A stretch of DNA of 64,000 bases, taken from NCBI GenBank assembly GCA_965222115.1, contig CBDCTJ010000007.1:2112001-2176000 (forward strand). The letters are read 5' to 3'. The notes under the pieces were generated by a model. That model had not been told where the DNA came from and searched no databases. It saw nothing but the letters and a program-made list of their open reading frames with translations. Of the stretch, positions 60,827 through 64,000 are shown piece after piece. Origin of the DNA: Planctomycetota bacterium. Its GTDB lineage: Bacteria; Planctomycetota; PLA2; JAEUHO01. How positions within the stretch are numbered: position 1 is the stretch's first letter; each line of letters opens with the position of its first letter. The position numbers and the translations under genes are program-made.

Positions 60827-62449
60827 GTGAACTGCATCAAGAATACCGCGGCGACCGGTAGTTCGCGAATGGCGAGGCGAAGCGTTTACTATGCGCTACT
60901 CGGCGTCGTGTGCCTGTGCGGGGTACTCGTTTTCTCTTCGGGCCAGGCGTTCGGCGACATGCTTTCGTTGAAAGACGGCCGCTTCATCATGGACAAGGAG
61001 ATCGAGGAGTCCGAGAAGGGCTACACGGTCACGTTCGAGAACGGCAAAGTGTTTGTTCCACGGGAACGGGTTGACAGCTACTTCGACGGTGACAGCGACT
61101 CAGGCTTTGTACCCAAGACCGATGAGGAAAAAGCGAAGGCCGAGAAGGGCCTGGCGCCATGGAAGGGCAAATGGATCAAGGCGAAGAAGCGCGCCAAGCT
61201 CGTCGAGGAAGAGATTGAAAAGCTTCGAAACAACCTGATTCAGCAAAAGGAGCGCCGACTCTGGCGCAATGCAGTCACGGTGAAGACGAAGCGCTTCACG
61301 TTTAAGCACACGTTGCCCGACTCGCTGTTCGAAGAGTTCAAGACGCTGTTCGAGATCTACTATGCCACGTTTACCAAGCAGTGGCGTGTCAAGCCGTCAA
61401 AGAAGTATGGCAAGGCGACCATTAACATTTATCAGAACGAGGACTATTTCCTTCAGGTGAGTGGCGCCAGCAAGGGTACGTGCGGCTATTACCAACTGCT
61501 CGAGCGCGATCTGCACTTCTATTTTGATCGGGACCGTAAGCGTTTCACGATTGATGTGATGTTTCACGAAGGCAATCACATGCTTACGCACATGATCAAT
61601 GAGAGCATTTGGTATCCCGCGTGGCTCAACGAAGGGCTCGCCGAGTACTACGGCGCAAGCCAATGGCTGCCGGAAGAAAAGAAGATGAAAACTGGCGGTG
61701 TTCAGAGCGGCCGGTTGTGTGTGCTGTGGATGCGCATCGAAGACGATGGCAAGTTTCAGGGCCTCGAAGAGTTGATTCGAACGCCGCGCGTCAATGTCGA
61801 GCAGTATGCGTGGGCGTGGTCGTTTTGCCACTTCCTCATGTCCACGGAGAAGTACGCGAAGCGTTTCATGAAGTACTACTTGGCGCTTGGCAGTGACAAG
61901 CGCGTCAAGCGCATCGACTATGCCTATGGCCTGCGGCAAATCCCCGTGGACGAGCAAATTGTACAGCTCAAGAAGTATCTAAAGGTCAAAGACTTGGATG
62001 CGCTTGAGAAGGAGTGGCACGACTACATCAAGACCACGTTGGCCCTGGATAAGGTGAAGGTGAACTACGCCGACGCGGGCTGGATTTGCTACATGTACGG
62101 CGAGACGGTGAAGTCTCGGAAGTTCTTCAAGAAGGCCATCGAGCAGGGCACCGACTCGGGCTACGTCTACTACATGCATGGCCTCTTGCAGTTTCGATTG
62201 GGGCGCAACACCAAGGCCAAGGCGGATGCCAAGAAGGCAACGGAACTGGATCCGCTTCACGCGCGATCGTGGCTTTTGTTGGGCGAGTGCACCTATGAAA
62301 AGGGCGACAAGAAAGAAGGCATGCGCCTTATGAAGCTGGCACGCGAGTTGGCTCCCGACGACATGCAGATTTGGTATGAGATTGAGTCCCGCAAGTTGGA
62401 CGAACAGGATGAAGCGGCCAAGGAAGCCGCCAAGGCCGCAGGCAAATAG
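60827..62449 (+). CDS. Secreted DUF1570-like zinc metallopeptidase with TPR repeats
   Basis: GYY, FHEGNHML, WLNEGLAEYY, YAWAWSFCHFL; TPR-like KKATELDPLHARSWLLLG. Confidence 0.85.
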   Translation: MNCIKNTAATGSSRMARRSVYYALLGVVCLCGVLVFSSGQAFGDMLSLKDGRFIMDKEIEESEKGYTVTFENGKVFVPRERVDSYFDGDSDSGFVPKTDEEKAKAEKGLAPWKGKWIKAKKRAKLVEEEIEKLRNNLIQQKERRLWRNAVTVKTKRFTFKHTLPDSLFEEFKTLFEIYYATFTKQWRVKPSKKYGKATINIYQNEDYFLQVSGASKGTCGYYQLLERDLHFYFDRDRKRFTIDVMFHEGNHMLTHMINESIWYPAWLNEGLAEYYGASQWLPEEKKMKTGGVQSGRLCVLWMRIEDDGKFQGLEELIRTPRVNVEQYAWAWSFCHFLMSTEKYAKRFMKYYLALGSDKRVKRIDYAYGLRQIPVDEQIVQLKKYLKVKDLDALEKEWHDYIKTTLALDKVKVNYADAGWICYMYGETVKSRKFFKKAIEQGTDSGYVYYMHGLLQFRLGRNTKAKADAKKATELDPLHARSWLLLGECTYEKGDKKEGMRLMKLARELAPDDMQIWYEIESRKLDEQDEAAKEAAKAAGK

Positions 62450-62519
62450 CCAAGTAGCCGCACAGGTAAGCGCAGTTTGGCGTTTACCCACACGAGGCGC
62501 CCGCCTGTACCATGGTTGT

Positions 62520-64000
62520 GTGCATGGTGGTCGTAACCGTTTCCTGACTGTCCTCGTCGTGTCTGTCCTAACCTCGGCGCTACAAGCACCTCCCGCTTTT
62601 GCCGAAGACACCGATGAAGCCAATCTTGCGCGGCAATTTGCAGAACTGCGTTCGCCGTTTGTGGCGCGCCGGGCAGCCGCCTCGCGCATCGTGCAGCGCC
62701 ATGCTCATGCCGCGCGATTATGGGCGCGAAATACGTTTCGCCAGCAGCACGCGGCGCGTGACGTCGTTGCCGCACTGGCCGTTCTCGGTGACGTCGGGGA
62801 AGAAGGCGATCTGAAGTTCGTCTATACGTCGCTAAGGGCCTTGGCAGCGACAAATGATTCGAAATCCTCGCCAAACGCGCTATCCAACCACGCCGATGAG
62901 CTCGCGGAAGCGTGTCTTCGGCTTGTGGAGCGACTTCCTCCGAAACACGGACCTTGGCTTCCGATCAACTCACTTCCGGCTGCGCTCACGCCGCCCATTG
63001 CTACCGCCATGCGTTCTCGCCTCGGCGCTGGCGGCATCCCAGCCGCGATTCGTCATGGCGGTGAGGGACTTCGACCCGCCATGATCGCATTGCTGAACGA
63101 TTCACGTCTGGGCCCGGAGCAACGCCTGCGAGTGGTGGCCATCCTTGGGAGAATGGGCGGAGCTACGGCGCGCGAGGCCCTCGCCTCGCTGGACGTGGAT
63201 ACATTCGACCGAAATCGTCACACCCTTTGGTACAGCTTGCGTGAAGTCGGTCGTGGCGATGCCCTGGATCCAGTCCACACGTGGATCAACAAGCTTGTTG
63301 GTCGGTCTTGTCTTGAATCGACGCGTAGTCCTCCGTGGTCGGCGTGGCATCGCGGTGAACGTATCGCGTTTCTTTCGTTCCTGCGGTCGATTCAGGATGA
63401 CGCATGGCGAGAGAGCGTTATTGCGTATCTCGAAGATCAGATTCAGCGACGCGGGTCGGGAAACGTTTCCTACTTCGAACACATTGCACGGCTCTACGTG
63501 GCACTTGGCGATCCATCGGACTATCACCTGGCGCGCATCGTTGGGCATGCCGCTGGACCCGTCATGGGTCGCCGTCCGAGTCGCCAAATTGGCCGCGCGG
63601 CGTTTCTCCAGATCGTGTCGCGCTATCGGGATCGACCGGCCGTTCGCGCCGCGCTAAAGACCCTTCGTGATTTGCGGCGAGCGATTCCCGATGCCGTGCG
63701 TGCCTGGGCCCACTTCTTGGCCGGTGAAGCAGAGCCGCAAGCTGTTGAAGCGATGGCACGAAAACTCATCCGAGGCAAGGGTGAAACGCCGAGTCTGGCC
63801 TCTCAGATTCATGGGACCCGTTTGCTTGACGCGCTCAAGCGTCCGCTCTCGCCCGATATCGTTCGCGAACTCGCCGTCCATGGTCACAGTTCGATGCGCC
63901 GTTGGGCCATGGCACGTGCACATCGGGCACTGGAACGGCACGAAGTCCAAGCGCTCGCTGCGAAGCTGATTGAGGATTCAGACGACGGCGTGATGCTGGC
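62520..64000 (+). CDS. Secreted HEAT-repeat-like protein, 3' truncated (absent from ORF track)
   Basis: Manual translation from GTG 62520 (MHGGRNRFLTVLVVSVLTSALQAPPAFAEDTD...) is open to the window end; TACCAT lies 6 nt before the start. Confidence 0.75.
   Translation, partial: MHGGRNRFLTVLVVSVLTSALQAPPAFAEDTDEANLARQFAELRSPFVARRAAASRIVQRHAHAARLWARNTFRQQHAARDVVAALAVLGDVGEEGDLKFVYTSLRALAATNDSKSSPNALSNHADELAEACLRLVERLPPKHGPWLPINSLPAALTPPIATAMRSRLGAGGIPAAIRHGGEGLRPAMIALLNDSRLGPEQRLRVVAILGRMGGATAREALASLDVDTFDRNRHTLWYSLREVGRGDALDPVHTWINKLVGRSCLESTRSPPWSAWHRGERIAFLSFLRSIQDDAWRESVIAYLEDQIQRRGSGNVSYFEHIARLYVALGDPSDYHLARIVGHAAGPVMGRRPSRQIGRAAFLQIVSRYRDRPAVRAALKTLRDLRRAIPDAVRAWAHFLAGEAEPQAVEAMARKLIRGKGETPSLASQIHGTRLLDALKRPLSPDIVRELAVHGHSSMRRWAMARAHRALERHEVQALAAKLIEDSDDGVML

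Overview
This is a GC-rich bacterial chromosome segment, almost certainly Planctomycetota: the 16S gene contains the Pla46F primer sequence GGATTAGGCATGCAAGTC. It is mostly core genome: smc (3' part), queA-queG, rpmI-rplT-pheS-pheT, yciH/SUI1, a THUMP RNA methyltransferase, nnrE, aroC and recQ. It also holds a linked 16S-23S-5S rRNA operon, tRNA-Ile(GAT), tRNA-Thr(TGT), a probable 6S RNA, a vapBC module, two membrane-anchored ECF sigma-factor fusions and many secreted or HEAT-repeat hypothetical proteins. Main observations: (1) a GT2 glycosyltransferase is translationally coupled to queA-queG and shares motifs with eukaryotic queuosine galactosyltransferase QTGAL/B3GNTL1 (comparison from memory), a candidate bacterial queuosine-glycosylation system; (2) an exported TlpA-like protein has an in-frame UGA in a UxxC motif with a SECIS-like hairpin, split in the ORF track; (3) a group I intron sits at 23S position L1931 and carries a LAGLIDADG endonuclease; (4) five copies of a covarying structured element lie 3' of stable-RNA genes; (5) an ECF sigma factor is fused to a pilin-like domain next to a sigma-less paralogue; (6) a TANNNT motif recurs 6-7 nt before start codons, suggesting leaderless transcripts. 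All calls are from reading the sequence; no database searches were run.
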